Source: Lachnospiraceae bacterium (GTDB taxonomy: Bacteria > Bacillota > Clostridia > Lachnospirales > Lachnospiraceae). From it: a DNA stretch of 64,000 bases. The stretch's first letter is position 1. Each line of letters starts with the position of its first letter. Position numbers and translations under genes: made by a program. The DNA lies in assembly GCA_017465845.1 (NCBI GenBank), contig JAFTVH010000139.1, positions 9,114-73,113 on the forward strand, in the 5' to 3' direction. Positions 1-9,371 of this stretch are shown here, piece after piece. Under the pieces are notes generated by a model. That model was not told the origin of the DNA. It searched no databases and was given only the letters and a program-made list of their open reading frames with translations.

Positions 1-633
1 GTTGTTGTAAGTATTATAACTACTGCAGGCACAATAGTAGGTACAGCAGCTTTCGGCAGCTTATTTTTAAATGAAAAAATTGAAATAAACCTTATATTTT
101 CGATAATACTGCTGATTGTTGCTGTTTCATTACCGTTTATAAAAAATAAAATAAACCGTGAAAATCAAATACGAACTAAAAGTATAACTAATACAGGAAT
201 CTTTATTTGCCTGTCTTTGTTCATAACAAGCGGATTAAATGTTATACTCAATAAGTTATATGTCAACAATCCCAATGTATGTGATTCAAACTCATACTTT
301 TTTATGTCTAACTTTATACTTATAATTGTCTGCACCTGCATACTATCGGTATACAAAATTAAGAGCAAGACAAGCATAAAAGATATTTTACATATTTTTT
401 CCACCAGGCAAACTTTGTACGTTTCTTCAAGAACACTTTCGAGTAATATAAGTGCAATAATAACAATGATTGTACTGGCAAATATGAATGTTTCTCTATA
501 TGCAGTTCTTACAACATCATTTACTCTTATAGGGAACGCCCTTGTTTCAAGATATTACTTTAAAGAAAATATGCCATGTGAAAACAAAATATCAATTGTG
601 CTTGCGATTATTGCGATTATATTGACATATTAA
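1..633 (+). CDS. EamA/DMT-family membrane transporter, 5'-truncated by the window edge
   Basis: Frame 1 is open from base 1 (VVVSIITTAGTIVGTAAFGSLFLNEKI...) to TAA at 633. It has two repeats of the DMT-type ending (LFLNEK / YYFKEN) and hydrophobic helices, and is AT-rich. Confidence 0.7.
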   Translation, partial: VVVSIITTAGTIVGTAAFGSLFLNEKIEINLIFSIILLIVAVSLPFIKNKINRENQIRTKSITNTGIFICLSLFITSGLNVILNKLYVNNPNVCDSNSYFFMSNFILIIVCTCILSVYKIKSKTSIKDILHIFSTRQTLYVSSRTLSSNISAIITMIVLANMNVSLYAVLTTSFTLIGNALVSRYYFKENMPCENKISIVLAIIAIILTY

Positions 634-635
634 GC

Positions 636-1027
636 ATGGGTAGGGCGACATCACTTATATTGCAACGCAGAAGAAAACATTATACCTTGCTGTTTTTGTA
701 GATATTTTTTCACGTAAAGTAGTTGGTTGGGCTATGGATACTAGAATGAAAGATCAGTTAGTAATAGTAGCATTTAATCAAGCTTTTAAAGGCAAGAAAG
801 GCTATTCATAGTGAAAGTTGAAAGGGCAATCCGTATGATAATGCCCTTATGGAATCATTCTACCGAACATTAAAAAGAGAGCTTGTTCAAGATGCACATG
901 TCGAAACACCTGAACAAGCTCAAAAAGAAATCTTAAATATATTGAATTGTATTATAACAAAAAACGTATGCATTCGTCTCTTGGCTATATTTCTCCATCT
1001 GAATTCGAAAGAATAAATTCATAAATC
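636..1027 (+). mobile_element. IS3-family transposase remnant (integrase core and C-terminus; frameshifted, internally deleted)
   Basis: Manual translation gives WV.DITYIATQKKTLYLAVFVDIFSRKVVGWAM...NQAF, then KGNPYDNALMESFYRTLKRELV...YIELYYNKKRMHSSLGYISPSEFE, with stop at 1022-1024. The HSDxGSQY segment is missing. Confidence 0.88.
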
Positions 1028-1261
1028 GCATTCGCAAATATGCAAGAATTTTATATAGCTTATCGAACTTCACAGCAGGCTTATTATGAATATCAGGATG
1101 AAGTTACAACGTGGGAGAACACTTATGGAGAAACAGCACACCAAAAGACTGAATCCGTCAGCGGACGCTTACAGAAACTTAAAGAAGAGGCAGACAAGCA
1201 GAGTTCAGATACCTTCAACTACCACTATAGCAGCCGTAGCAAAGATAGAGGGGCGAGATGA
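1028..1261 (+). pseudogene. C-terminal tail of a MobA/MobL-type relaxase (inverted fragment)
   Basis: AFANMQEFYIAYRTSQQAYYEYQDEVTTWENTYGE...SRSKDRGAR resembles Lachnospiraceae relaxase C-termini. It continues the minus-strand fragment at 1309-1575 if 1028-1308 is flipped. Confidence 0.6.
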
Positions 1262-1275
1262 TATGACACCTCTTA

Positions 1276-1308
1276 AGTCAATGTCAACTTTTTTAGACGC
1301 AAAGTTAA
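1276..1308 (-). mobile_element. IS3-family right end, displaced and inverted
   Basis: The minus strand reads TTAACTTTGCGTCTAAAAAAGTTGACATTGACT, an IS3-like terminus that would directly follow the transposase stop after re-inversion. Confidence 0.55.
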
Positions 1309-1575
1309 GTACGTTCTGACAAGATTGGATAATCCGATTTTGAGGATATCTATCTGCTCATTTATTTGAGCAATCTTATTGTCAAGCTCTCTTTTCTTGG
1401 TAAGCTTTGCGAATCCTCTCAAATCATCTCTCTCAAATTCCCATAAATTCCGCTGGCGTTCTGCTTCAAAAATAATGCTGTTTTGCCTATCCAGTTCTGC
1501 CTGTTTTTACGGAGCCGTTCATATGCGGCTGCATCGAATGACATTTTAGGCTTTGGTGGTAATTGAGGATTTGTC
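1309..1575 (-). pseudogene. Internal coiled-coil fragment of a MobA/MobL-type relaxase, frameshifted
   Basis: QLPPKPKMSFDAAAYERLRK/AELDRQNSIIFEAERQRNLWEFERDDLRGFAKLTKKRELDNKIAQINEQIDILKIGLSNLVRTY, read with one frameshift near 1503. Confidence 0.55.
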
Positions 1576-1621
1576 GAGTGAGCCGGGCAATCCAAGCGAA
1601 CCGAGTGAACCGAGCGAGCCA
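1574..1621 (+). repeat. Pro-Ser-Glu 9-bp repeat fragment (SSEPGNPSEPSEPSEP), likely from a surface-protein linker
   Basis: Tandem ccaagcgaa/ccgagtgaa/ccgagcgag units. Confidence 0.5.
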
Positions 1622-2130
1622 CGTCTGGGATGGAATTCTGCTAGATAAACTAATGGCAGAGGAAAACCTGATGCTGTTTCCCAACACCTGTATCGATACA
1701 GTGGAAATGACAGACGAAGGAATTATCCGGTCTTTGTCGGGACTGCAGACTACCACAGAGAAGCGGTTTGTTTTTCAGGCACCTCTGTTCGTTGACGATA
1801 CCGGGGATGGTACTGTGGGATATCTTGCCGGTGCAGAGTATCGCTATGGACGGGAAGCAAGTGCAGAGTTTAACGAGAAATTTGCACCGGACGAGGCGGA
1901 TGACGGAGTTTTGCCCAGCACCATGGTATTTTTTGCACACGACAAAGGATATCCGGTGAGCTATAAACCGCCGCATTTTGCGAAAGATTACACTAAGACG
2001 GACGTATTGGAACATCGTATCATTCCACCTGATAATTTTCACCAGTTTCAGTGGTTTTATGAGCTGGATGGCCGGATGAATCAGATGGAAGAGTATGAGG
2101 AGATCTTGCAGCATCATCGCGAATTGGTAA
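1622..2130 (+). pseudogene. Internal fragment of an FAD-dependent oxidoreductase
   Basis: FQAPLFVDDTGDGTVGYLAGAEYRYGRE motif. There is no N-terminal GxGxxG, no RBS and no native C-terminus. Confidence 0.8.
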
Positions 2131-2336
2131 ATAGTCAGTTGGATCAAAGCGAAACAGCCATCTGGAGTCTGCTCCTGGCAAGCGGCTATTTAAAGGTAGT
2201 GTCTTTTACAAATTATGTGGAGACAGATAGCTTTGAAGATTATACAGACCCGCAATAGCCTTGCATTACCTGGAGCCGGAGAAAGACAGCGATGCTGCCA
2301 TTATTCTGGAGTTTAAAGTACATGATCCTGATGATG
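2131..2336 (+). pseudogene. Fragments of an AAA-ATPase / PD-(D/E)XK nuclease protein
   Basis: QLDQSETAIWSLLLASGYLKV, then after a stop and deletion LEPEKDSDAAIILEFKVHDPDD (ExK motif). Confidence 0.72.
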
Positions 2337-2401
2337 TTATGCTATAAGTTGCGCTTGAAAAAAAGAATTACCTGTGCTATGCTTCAGTTAAAGTAAAGGA
2401 G

Positions 2402-2914
2402 ATGAGCAGACAAATGAGTATTAATAACGAACCTAAGATTAAAAACCCATTAATTGTTGCCATCAGAGAGCAATTGGAGCATAGGGCACTTTGGATGTAT
2501 CTTTTATGTGATGAGGCGAAAAAGAAAGGTCTGGATTCAGAAGATTATGCACCGGCTGCCATAAGACGCTGTGGCCTGTATCAGGGAAAGAATCTGCGCG
2601 CTAAGGCAGGAGGCGGTGATTCCTTAAAGGGCCTGAAAAAGACACTTTTTTCCAAGTTTGCGCAGTGGGTCTTTGAGATGGATATCAAGCGCTGTACAGA
2701 TGACAACCTGGATATTGATTTCCACTATTGCCCGCTTGTGAAGGCATGGCAGAAGCAGGGCTGTTCCGATGAGGAGATTCGTATCCTCTGTGATCACGCT
2801 ATGTGCGGTGACAGGGGTATTGCAGAAAGCTTTGGCTGCGAACTGGAACTTCCGGCTACCATTGCCAGAGGCGATGAAGTGTGTCAGATTCGTTTTGTGA
2901 GGAAGAATAAATAA
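2402..2914 (+). CDS. L-2-amino-thiazoline-4-carboxylic acid hydrolase-like protein (V4R-like Cys-rich fold)
   Basis: DFHYCPLVKAWQK...LCDHAMCGD...TIARGDEVCQIRF pattern; AAGGAG upstream (start may be 2414). Confidence 0.75.
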   Translation: MSRQMSINNEPKIKNPLIVAIREQLEHRALWMYLLCDEAKKKGLDSEDYAPAAIRRCGLYQGKNLRAKAGGGDSLKGLKKTLFSKFAQWVFEMDIKRCTDDNLDIDFHYCPLVKAWQKQGCSDEEIRILCDHAMCGDRGIAESFGCELELPATIARGDEVCQIRFVRKNK

Positions 2915-2946
2915 GTATTGGAAGAATTATTCTTGAAAAACAAAAG

Positions 2947-2972
2947 CCGGCACAGTTACAAGGCTGTGCCGG
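2947..2972. terminator. Hairpin terminator between convergent genes
   Basis: CCGGCACAG...CTGTGCCGG stem with a U-tract on the minus strand. Confidence 0.7.
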
Positions 2973-3005
2973 GAACATAATAATCATTTCTTACGTGCTG
3001 CATAG

Positions 3006-3332
3006 TTATTGGCCAAATTTTAAATGATCGGCTGTATTCGGGGCTAAATCCAAGTGTGATGAATAAGAAAGCTTGAATTTAGTCCCCGCTTCATCTTCAC
3101 AGGTAAAATGGTACATATACAAGCCACCCGTTATTCCTGTGGTATAATGCTGAAGATCAGATTCGATCACTTTGCAATTAATATCATAAGTTTCCTCTAA
3201 ATAACTTACTACCAGCTCCCTTGTTTCTTTTGATACGCCGCCATATTTTTGGTCTTCTATAATATAGGGAATTTTTATAATAACAATTATCAGCATTATA
3301 CAGATTATTATTTTTTTTGCCATACCTCTCAT
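3006..3332 (-). CDS. Hypothetical membrane-anchored or secreted protein
   Basis: Basic N-terminus plus hydrophobic stretch, followed by a soluble domain; AT-rich. Confidence 0.65.
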   Translation of the reverse strand: MRGMAKKIIICIMLIIVIIKIPYIIEDQKYGGVSKETRELVVSYLEETYDINCKVIESDLQHYTTGITGGLYMYHFTCEDEAGTKFKLSYSSHLDLAPNTADHLKFGQ

Positions 3333-3458
3333 CTCCGCTTCAAAAGATTTACCTCTTAATATATATTATACTTCATGAGAAATCACGATGCAATATTTCA
3401 TTTGCATGAAATTCCCTGTTTTGCGAATGGTGGTAAGTAAACAGTAATAGTGACGCCC

Positions 3459-4298
3459 TCACTTTTCTCTATACTGCGATGGCGAACACCCCGTCTGCTT
3501 CTTGAACATCCTGCTGAAATACAGTTGATTATCATAGCCCACCAGGCTGCTGATTTCCTGAATGGAATAATTGGAGTCTTTTAAGAGCTCTCTTGCTTTA
3601 TTGATACGGATGGTGGTGATGTACTGCAGGGGGGTTACCCCGGTATATCGCTTGAAGCTGCGGATGAACCAGCAGACGCTCATGTGCTGGCTGAGTGCGT
3701 AGTCCTCTATGCTGATTTCCTGAGAGAAAGCTTCATTGAAATAGTGGATGGCGGACGCAATCTCTTTGGAGTACCGGTAATGATTGGAGGACACCTCCAG
3801 GCGGCTGCGCTGTACCTCTGCAAACAATTGTCGCAGATAAAGTGTCAGCAGTTCTTCGAAGCAGGGCCTTTTTAACTGCAGCTCACGGATCATCTGACGG
3901 AAAAGCTCCTGAATCCCGTGGGAGGCACCACAGTACAGACTGATGGTGTCCGTAAAGCCTATTTTGTCCAGAAGCGCTTCAGCCTCGTAGCCGGTGAAAT
4001 GTACCCAGCATACTTCGGGGGAATCTTCCAGAAAATATTCATACAGCTGTACTACGCCGGGGCGATACAGCACCAGGTCTCCGGCAGATGCCGTCAAAGT
4101 CTCTTCACCAAAATAAAAATAGGCCTTGCCGGATATGATATACAGTAGCTGATAATCAAGGCGTCCTTGCGGACGTGTGGTGCGCATCATATTCCTGTGT
4201 ATCAATTTGTAAATACCGCAGCAGGTAATCACCAGCGGACGGTCCATATCTTCGATGTCTTCATCTATATTACATAAATATCCGGAGTTAGAATACAT
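3459..4298 (-). CDS. AraC-family transcriptional regulator
   Basis: N-terminal AraC-binding domain and C-terminal HTH (ISSLVGYDNQLYFSRMFKKQTGCSPSQYR). Start moved to MYSNSG, which follows GGGAGG. Confidence 0.92.
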   Translation of the reverse strand: MYSNSGYLCNIDEDIEDMDRPLVITCCGIYKLIHRNMMRTTRPQGRLDYQLLYIISGKAYFYFGEETLTASAGDLVLYRPGVVQLYEYFLEDSPEVCWVHFTGYEAEALLDKIGFTDTISLYCGASHGIQELFRQMIRELQLKRPCFEELLTLYLRQLFAEVQRSRLEVSSNHYRYSKEIASAIHYFNEAFSQEISIEDYALSQHMSVCWFIRSFKRYTGVTPLQYITTIRINKARELLKDSNYSIQEISSLVGYDNQLYFSRMFKKQTGCSPSQYREK

Positions 4299-4491
4299 TT
4301 TATACCTCCCGTGCTGCAAACTTTGCAAACACCTTCCGAAAACGGTCGCGAGCTTCTGCATTTTAGTCTATTGTATCATTTTGTGCATATATTGTCCAAT
4401 CAAAACCAGTCTTTTTTTCTGTTTTTATTGCATGTACCGCCGGAATCTGGTAAAGTTATATTAGTAAAATTTAAAAAGAGAGGAATTTCTT

Positions 4492-5382
4492 ATGGCACAG
4501 AAAATACTGACGATTTCTAATAAAGACCTGACTGTGCAGATTGATGTGCACGGTGCTATGCTGTGGTCTGTACGGGAAAATGGCGGGAAAACGGAATATC
4601 TTTGGCAGGGTGATGCGAAGTACTGGACCGGCAAGGCGCCGAATCTTTTTCCGTACATAGCCAGAATGACTGACAAGCGTTATCGATTGAACGGGCAGGA
4701 ATATGGTATGAACATCCATGGTTTTGCCAGAGATAACGATTTTCAGGTGATAAAACAGACGACGGATGCGCTGACGCTGCAGCTTCGGGATACGGAGGAG
4801 ACCAGAAAGCAGTATCCTTATCATTTTATGTTGGAGATCGGCTATCAGCTGGTTGGAAATCGTATCGACATTACTTACCATGTTGAGAATAAAGACGAAA
4901 AGGAAATGTACTTTGGTATCGGAGGACATCCCGGCTTTAACGTACCCTTAGAGGAGGGGCTTAAATTTGAAGACTATTATCTGGAATTTGGCGGGGAATG
5001 TGAGCCCAGGCGAGTAAGTTTTTCGCCGGATTGTTTCGTGCAGGGTGAGCCGGTTCTTTATCCCCTGAAAAAGAATAAAATTCTGCCGCTCCATCATGAT
5101 CTGTTCGATGATGATGCCATTGTTCTGACAGGAATGGACAGTCAGGTTACTCTGAAATCCGATTTGGGCAGGAAAGCGGTTCGTGTAACTTATCCTGATA
5201 TGCCGTATGTGGGATTCTGGCACAAGCCTCATTCAGATGCTCCGTATGTGTGTGTGGAACCCTGGTCTTCTCTGCCTTCCCGAAAAGGAATTGTAGAAGA
5301 TTTGGCCACTCAGCCCGGTCTGGTAAAATTGGCAACAGGAGAAACTTATACAAATTGCTGGAGCATTGAGCTGATGGCATAA
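4492..5382 (+). CDS. Aldose 1-epimerase family protein (LacX-like)
   Basis: EYLWQGDAKYW...APNLFP, HGFARD, GGHPGF and YVCVEPW motifs. Confidence 0.92.
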   Translation: MAQKILTISNKDLTVQIDVHGAMLWSVRENGGKTEYLWQGDAKYWTGKAPNLFPYIARMTDKRYRLNGQEYGMNIHGFARDNDFQVIKQTTDALTLQLRDTEETRKQYPYHFMLEIGYQLVGNRIDITYHVENKDEKEMYFGIGGHPGFNVPLEEGLKFEDYYLEFGGECEPRRVSFSPDCFVQGEPVLYPLKKNKILPLHHDLFDDDAIVLTGMDSQVTLKSDLGRKAVRVTYPDMPYVGFWHKPHSDAPYVCVEPWSSLPSRKGIVEDLATQPGLVKLATGETYTNCWSIELMA

Positions 5383-5494
5383 AAGAATACAGGTATGTAG
5401 CTGTTTGGATTTTTTCTGTCAAATTTTATCGAATTTAATAGACAAAATACACCAATTGGAGATACAATAGAAGAAAAAAGCAAAGGGGTATGTG

Positions 5495-6691
5495 ATGAAA
5501 GCAAAAAATTTAGCAGCATTAGTTTTGGCAGTGGGGTTACTGGCAGGATGCGGTGCAAAGGAAGAAGTTGACATTCCGGTGTATGAGGTAGAACCTAAGC
5601 CTTTGCAGACGCAGGTGGAAGAGACTCCATCCACTTCGGAAGAAGAGACTGAAGCCACGGAGGAAACGGAAGAGATTGTGGCAGAAGACCTGATTATTAC
5701 CGAGAGAAAAGTAGTTGACGGTAAGATGCAGAGTTATCTGACCGGCGAGTGGAAGGATGCAGAAGTGGCAAGCCGCCGCAATATGGCAGTCATGATGCCG
5801 AACAATAAGGCAGCTATGCCGCAGTATGGTATTTCTAAGGCGAGCATCATTTATGAGGCACCGGTTGAGGGTCGTGTAAGCCGTCTGGTATGTCTTCTGG
5901 AGGACTATGATGACCTGGAGTATATCGGACCTGTTCGAAGCAGCCGAGATTATTTCCTATATGAGTCTATGGCTTATGACTCCATTTACTGTAACTGGGG
6001 ACTGGCACGTCCTTTTGTAGAGGAACTGATCAACAGCGACCGCGTGGACAATGTCAGCCAGGCAGTAGCCGGAATCAACAAACCTGCAGCTGAGGCTTTT
6101 GACAGAATTTCCAGACCCGGTTATGCAACCGAGTATACCGGATATATGTACATTGATGGTTATGAGAAAGCGGTAAAGAGACTGGGATATGAGACAGAAT
6201 ATCGCGATACCTTTGAGCAGGCGTTTACTTTTGCCAATGATGGTCATAGAGCCGAATATGAGGATGCGGACAGTGCAACCTTGATTTATCCCGGTGGAAA
6301 AGAGTCCAACAGAGGCGGTTTCAGTGATGCCAAATCTTATTTTGCGTATGACGAAAAGGACGGCCTGTACTATCGCTATCAGTTTGGCGGAGCTCACATT
6401 GATGAGATGAACAACGAGCAGCTTACCTTCAGCAATGTGGTATTCAAGGTATGTCACGGTGAGGTCAGAGAGCCTTCCAATTTGGACTATCTGGCATTTG
6501 GAGTACATGGTGAGGGCGATGCCTATGTATTTACAGCAGGTAAGGTGATCAAGGGTACCTGGGAGAGAAAATCCGATTATGCAGCCAATATGTTCTATGA
6601 TGAAGACGGCAATGAAATCGTGTTCAATCAGGGAAAGACCTGGGTCTGCATTATCTGGGACGATTATGAGGAATACATTTATTACGAATAA
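5495..6691 (+). CDS. DUF3048 (YerB-like) lipoprotein
   Basis: Lipobox LLAGC; AVMMPNN.AAMPQYGI...YEAPVEG.VSRL, GPVRSSRDYF and GKTWVCI motifs. Confidence 0.85.
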   Translation: MKAKNLAALVLAVGLLAGCGAKEEVDIPVYEVEPKPLQTQVEETPSTSEEETEATEETEEIVAEDLIITERKVVDGKMQSYLTGEWKDAEVASRRNMAVMMPNNKAAMPQYGISKASIIYEAPVEGRVSRLVCLLEDYDDLEYIGPVRSSRDYFLYESMAYDSIYCNWGLARPFVEELINSDRVDNVSQAVAGINKPAAEAFDRISRPGYATEYTGYMYIDGYEKAVKRLGYETEYRDTFEQAFTFANDGHRAEYEDADSATLIYPGGKESNRGGFSDAKSYFAYDEKDGLYYRYQFGGAHIDEMNNEQLTFSNVVFKVCHGEVREPSNLDYLAFGVHGEGDAYVFTAGKVIKGTWERKSDYAANMFYDEDGNEIVFNQGKTWVCIIWDDYEEYIYYE

Positions 6692-6807
6692 AATAAAAGT
6701 GGATACATAACACATTTAAGGACTGCCGGCAGGTGTGAACAGTAATGATTTACATCTGTCGGCAATCTGCAATAGATGAAGCGACAGTAGAAGAACGGAG
6801 TGAGTAA

Positions 6808-7980
6808 GTGGAGCGTAGTTGGAAGAAATATCTGAATAAGTGGCTGTGGCTTTATATTGGCATCGGTGTGCTGGTAATTTTATTAAATATTGCAGCATGG
6901 AACAGCACAACCTTTTGTGATGCTTATATTGCCTATGTTTTTCCGATATGGGTAAACACTTACGGGCGGCTTACGGGGGTGGCACCGTTTTCGGTAGGTG
7001 AGATATTGCTGGGGCTGGGCGTGATGCTTTTGGGGCTGGCGGGGATACTGTGGATTCCCTGGCTGGTGACAGCTGTCGTGAGAAAACTGCGAAAAAAGTC
7101 AAAGCCGGGTGCAGGCCGCGGATTCCGGATTTTCTATCGTTTCTTTGCCTGGACATTACTGATCGTGTGCCTGATCATGACTTTAAACTGTTTTATCCTG
7201 TATCATGCAAGTACTTTTTCGGAAAATTATTTCGGGGAAGATAACGGAGAATATACGCTGGAAGAGCTCATTACCGTGCGGAATATGGTGGTGGAAGAGT
7301 GCAATCGTTTATCTCTTTTGATGGAGCGCGATGAAGAAGGAAATATTCTGTATGACGGCGATCTGGAGCAGACTGCCATTGAAAGCATGCAGAAGCTGGG
7401 CAAGACCTATGGCAGACTGGACGGCTATTATCCCCGTCCCAAACCGTTGTACACTTCCGATTTCTTCAGTCAGCAATATATGTGCGGGTACTACTTCCCG
7501 TTTTCCATGGAGGCTAATTACAATACTGTCATGTACATCATGAATAAGCCTTCCACGCTATGCCATGAACTGGCGCACCTGAGAGGGTACATATTCGAGG
7601 ATGAAGCCAATTTCATCAGTTATTTGGCATGTATCCAGTCTGATGATATCGTTTATCAGTACAGCGGTTACCTGAGTGTACTGAATTATCTGGATAACGA
7701 TTTCTACAAAGCTGTGGGACGCGACAGAGAATCTTATCTGGCACAGCCCCGCATATCATCCCAGGTCTCAAAGGACAATGTTTTCGTGACGGATGATGAA
7801 TGGGAGAGGATTAACGGCAATGCTTTGATTGATACTGAGACAGTGGAAGCAGTGTCCGATGCTGTGGTAGATACCACCTTAAAAGTCAATGGAGTTCAGG
7901 ACGGAATGATCAGCTACAGCCGCGTGGTCAGACTTTTGCTGCTGTACTATTCGTACGGACAAGATGAGGGAGGTAATTAG
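6808..7980 (+). CDS. DUF3810 membrane protein with a zincin HExxH motif
   Basis: N-terminal TM helices; GYYFPFSMEANYN and CHELAHLRGYIFEDEANFISYL. Confidence 0.85.
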   Translation: MERSWKKYLNKWLWLYIGIGVLVILLNIAAWNSTTFCDAYIAYVFPIWVNTYGRLTGVAPFSVGEILLGLGVMLLGLAGILWIPWLVTAVVRKLRKKSKPGAGRGFRIFYRFFAWTLLIVCLIMTLNCFILYHASTFSENYFGEDNGEYTLEELITVRNMVVEECNRLSLLMERDEEGNILYDGDLEQTAIESMQKLGKTYGRLDGYYPRPKPLYTSDFFSQQYMCGYYFPFSMEANYNTVMYIMNKPSTLCHELAHLRGYIFEDEANFISYLACIQSDDIVYQYSGYLSVLNYLDNDFYKAVGRDRESYLAQPRISSQVSKDNVFVTDDEWERINGNALIDTETVEAVSDAVVDTTLKVNGVQDGMISYSRVVRLLLLYYSYGQDEGGN

Positions 7981-7986
7981 TTTTTT

Positions 7987-8865
7987 ATGAACATGATTCT
8001 TAAGATACAATCGGTTTATAACCAGTTTACCAAAGCAGAGAAGAAGGTGGCGGACTATTGCCTGCAGCACCGGGAAGAAGTCCCTTTTCTGTCCATTACC
8101 GATCTGGCTGATGCCTGTGGCGTGGGTGACACCAGTGTATATCGCTTCTGCCGCACGCTGAAGCTGGAGGGATATCAGGAATTTAAGATGAAATTTTCCC
8201 TTGCCCAGGGAACTGCCAGCATGGAGGCACAGCTCATGCGGGGAGGGGCTTTGGGGCAAGCCGGGGCAGGGGATGCTGCCCAAGATGCAGCGGCTCCCAC
8301 TGAACTGGCCCGCAGAGTTCTGGAGACCCATCAGAATGCCATTGCAGAGACCTACATGATGCTGGACCGTGAGGAACTGGAGAAGGTCTTAATTATGTTT
8401 GACAATGCCAAAAGAGTGTATTTCTTCGGAATCGGCGACAGCTTGCTGGTAGCACAGGAGGCTATGAGCAAGTTCCTGCGCATTACCGGGAAGGTGAACT
8501 GTATCCAGGACCCTCATATGCAGGCCGTGGCGGCAGCAATGATGAATGAAGAAGATCTGGTATTCATCATTTCTTATTCCGGTGCCACCAAAGATAATCT
8601 GCAGGTAGCAAAAATTGCAAAGGATTCCGGTGCAAAAGTAGCAGCGATTTCCCATTTCATGAAGTCGCCCCTGACTGCCTACTGCGATGCTGTCTTATTG
8701 TGCGGGGCAAAAGAAGGACCGCTGGATGGAGGTTCTATGTCTGCCAAGCTGGGACAGCTTTATCTGATTGATCTGTTATATCAGGGATTTTATGAGAGGA
8801 ATATGCAGGAGTGCGTGGAGAATAACCAGAAGGCATCGGCGGCGGTGATGGAGAAACTTTTGTAG
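7987..8865 (+). CDS. MurR/RpiR-family transcriptional regulator
   Basis: HTH (SITDLADACGVGDTSVYRFCR) plus SIS domain (FGIGDS, ISYSGATKD). Confidence 0.93.
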   Translation: MNMILKIQSVYNQFTKAEKKVADYCLQHREEVPFLSITDLADACGVGDTSVYRFCRTLKLEGYQEFKMKFSLAQGTASMEAQLMRGGALGQAGAGDAAQDAAAPTELARRVLETHQNAIAETYMMLDREELEKVLIMFDNAKRVYFFGIGDSLLVAQEAMSKFLRITGKVNCIQDPHMQAVAAAMMNEEDLVFIISYSGATKDNLQVAKIAKDSGAKVAAISHFMKSPLTAYCDAVLLCGAKEGPLDGGSMSAKLGQLYLIDLLYQGFYERNMQECVENNQKASAAVMEKLL

Positions 8866-8922
8866 TAGGAAATGGCGCGTCTGACTGTTACGAAAATATA
8901 CTGATAAACTGAAAATTTGTGA

Positions 8923-8951
8923 TTGAAATCATTGATAAAATAGTTTATAAT
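8923..8951 (+). promoter_or_regulatory. Sigma-A promoter of the candidate antisense RNA
   Basis: TTGAAA (8923-8928), 17 bp, TATAAT (8946-8951). Confidence 0.75.
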
Positions 8952-8957
8952 TAGCAT

Positions 8958-9067
8958 ACAAGAAGGAAGACAGACACCGTTAGACGGTTTTGAGCCAGAG
9001 GTTAAATGGCTGATAAAACTAAATTAAATACAAAATTAACCGGTCATTGGCGTGGGCGGTTATTTTT
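8958..9067 (+). ncRNA. Candidate type I antitoxin sRNA (~110 nt)
   Basis: Consensus promoter and an intrinsic terminator TAACCGGTCA-loop-TGGGCGGTTA-TTTTT at 9037-9067. It is convergent with and overlaps the 3' end of a small hydrophobic ORF. Confidence 0.65.
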
Positions 9068-9166
9068 GTCTCTAAATTTATCTACGAAGCGTATTATGTA
9101 AGTTGTAAATAATCCACTTACAAATCGGCCAAGGATACCAATAATAAATTCCGTGACATTAGTCAT
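9044..9166 (-). CDS. Candidate type I toxin, 40-aa membrane peptide
   Basis: MTNVTEFIIGILGRFVSGLFTTYIIRFVDKFRDKNNRPRQ. RBS AGAAAGGAG lies 9 nt upstream; one TM helix and a charged tail. Below the ORF-track size cutoff. Confidence 0.72.
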   Translation of the reverse strand: MTNVTEFIIGILGRFVSGLFTTYIIRFVDKFRDKNNRPRQ

Positions 9167-9371
9167 GTATATAATCTCCTTTCTTCTGTATTTCCTTGAA
9201 AGGATTTCTATATAAACAAGGTATTACTACCTTGACGTGACTCGAAACCGCCTAACCATCTCTATCTAGCCAAAATAAAAATGTTGGTGTCCGTCTCTAT
9301 GTAATATTATATAGTTTTTGTGCCAAATGTTATTTGATGATATACAGTTTATATAAAACCAAATAGCGTAG

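Noticed and set aside
1563-2258. 231-aa ORF as a novel oxidoreductase-ATPase fusion
   Set aside because: TTG start without RBS, both parts are internal fragments, and the AAA part continues past a stop; it is a deletion chimera.
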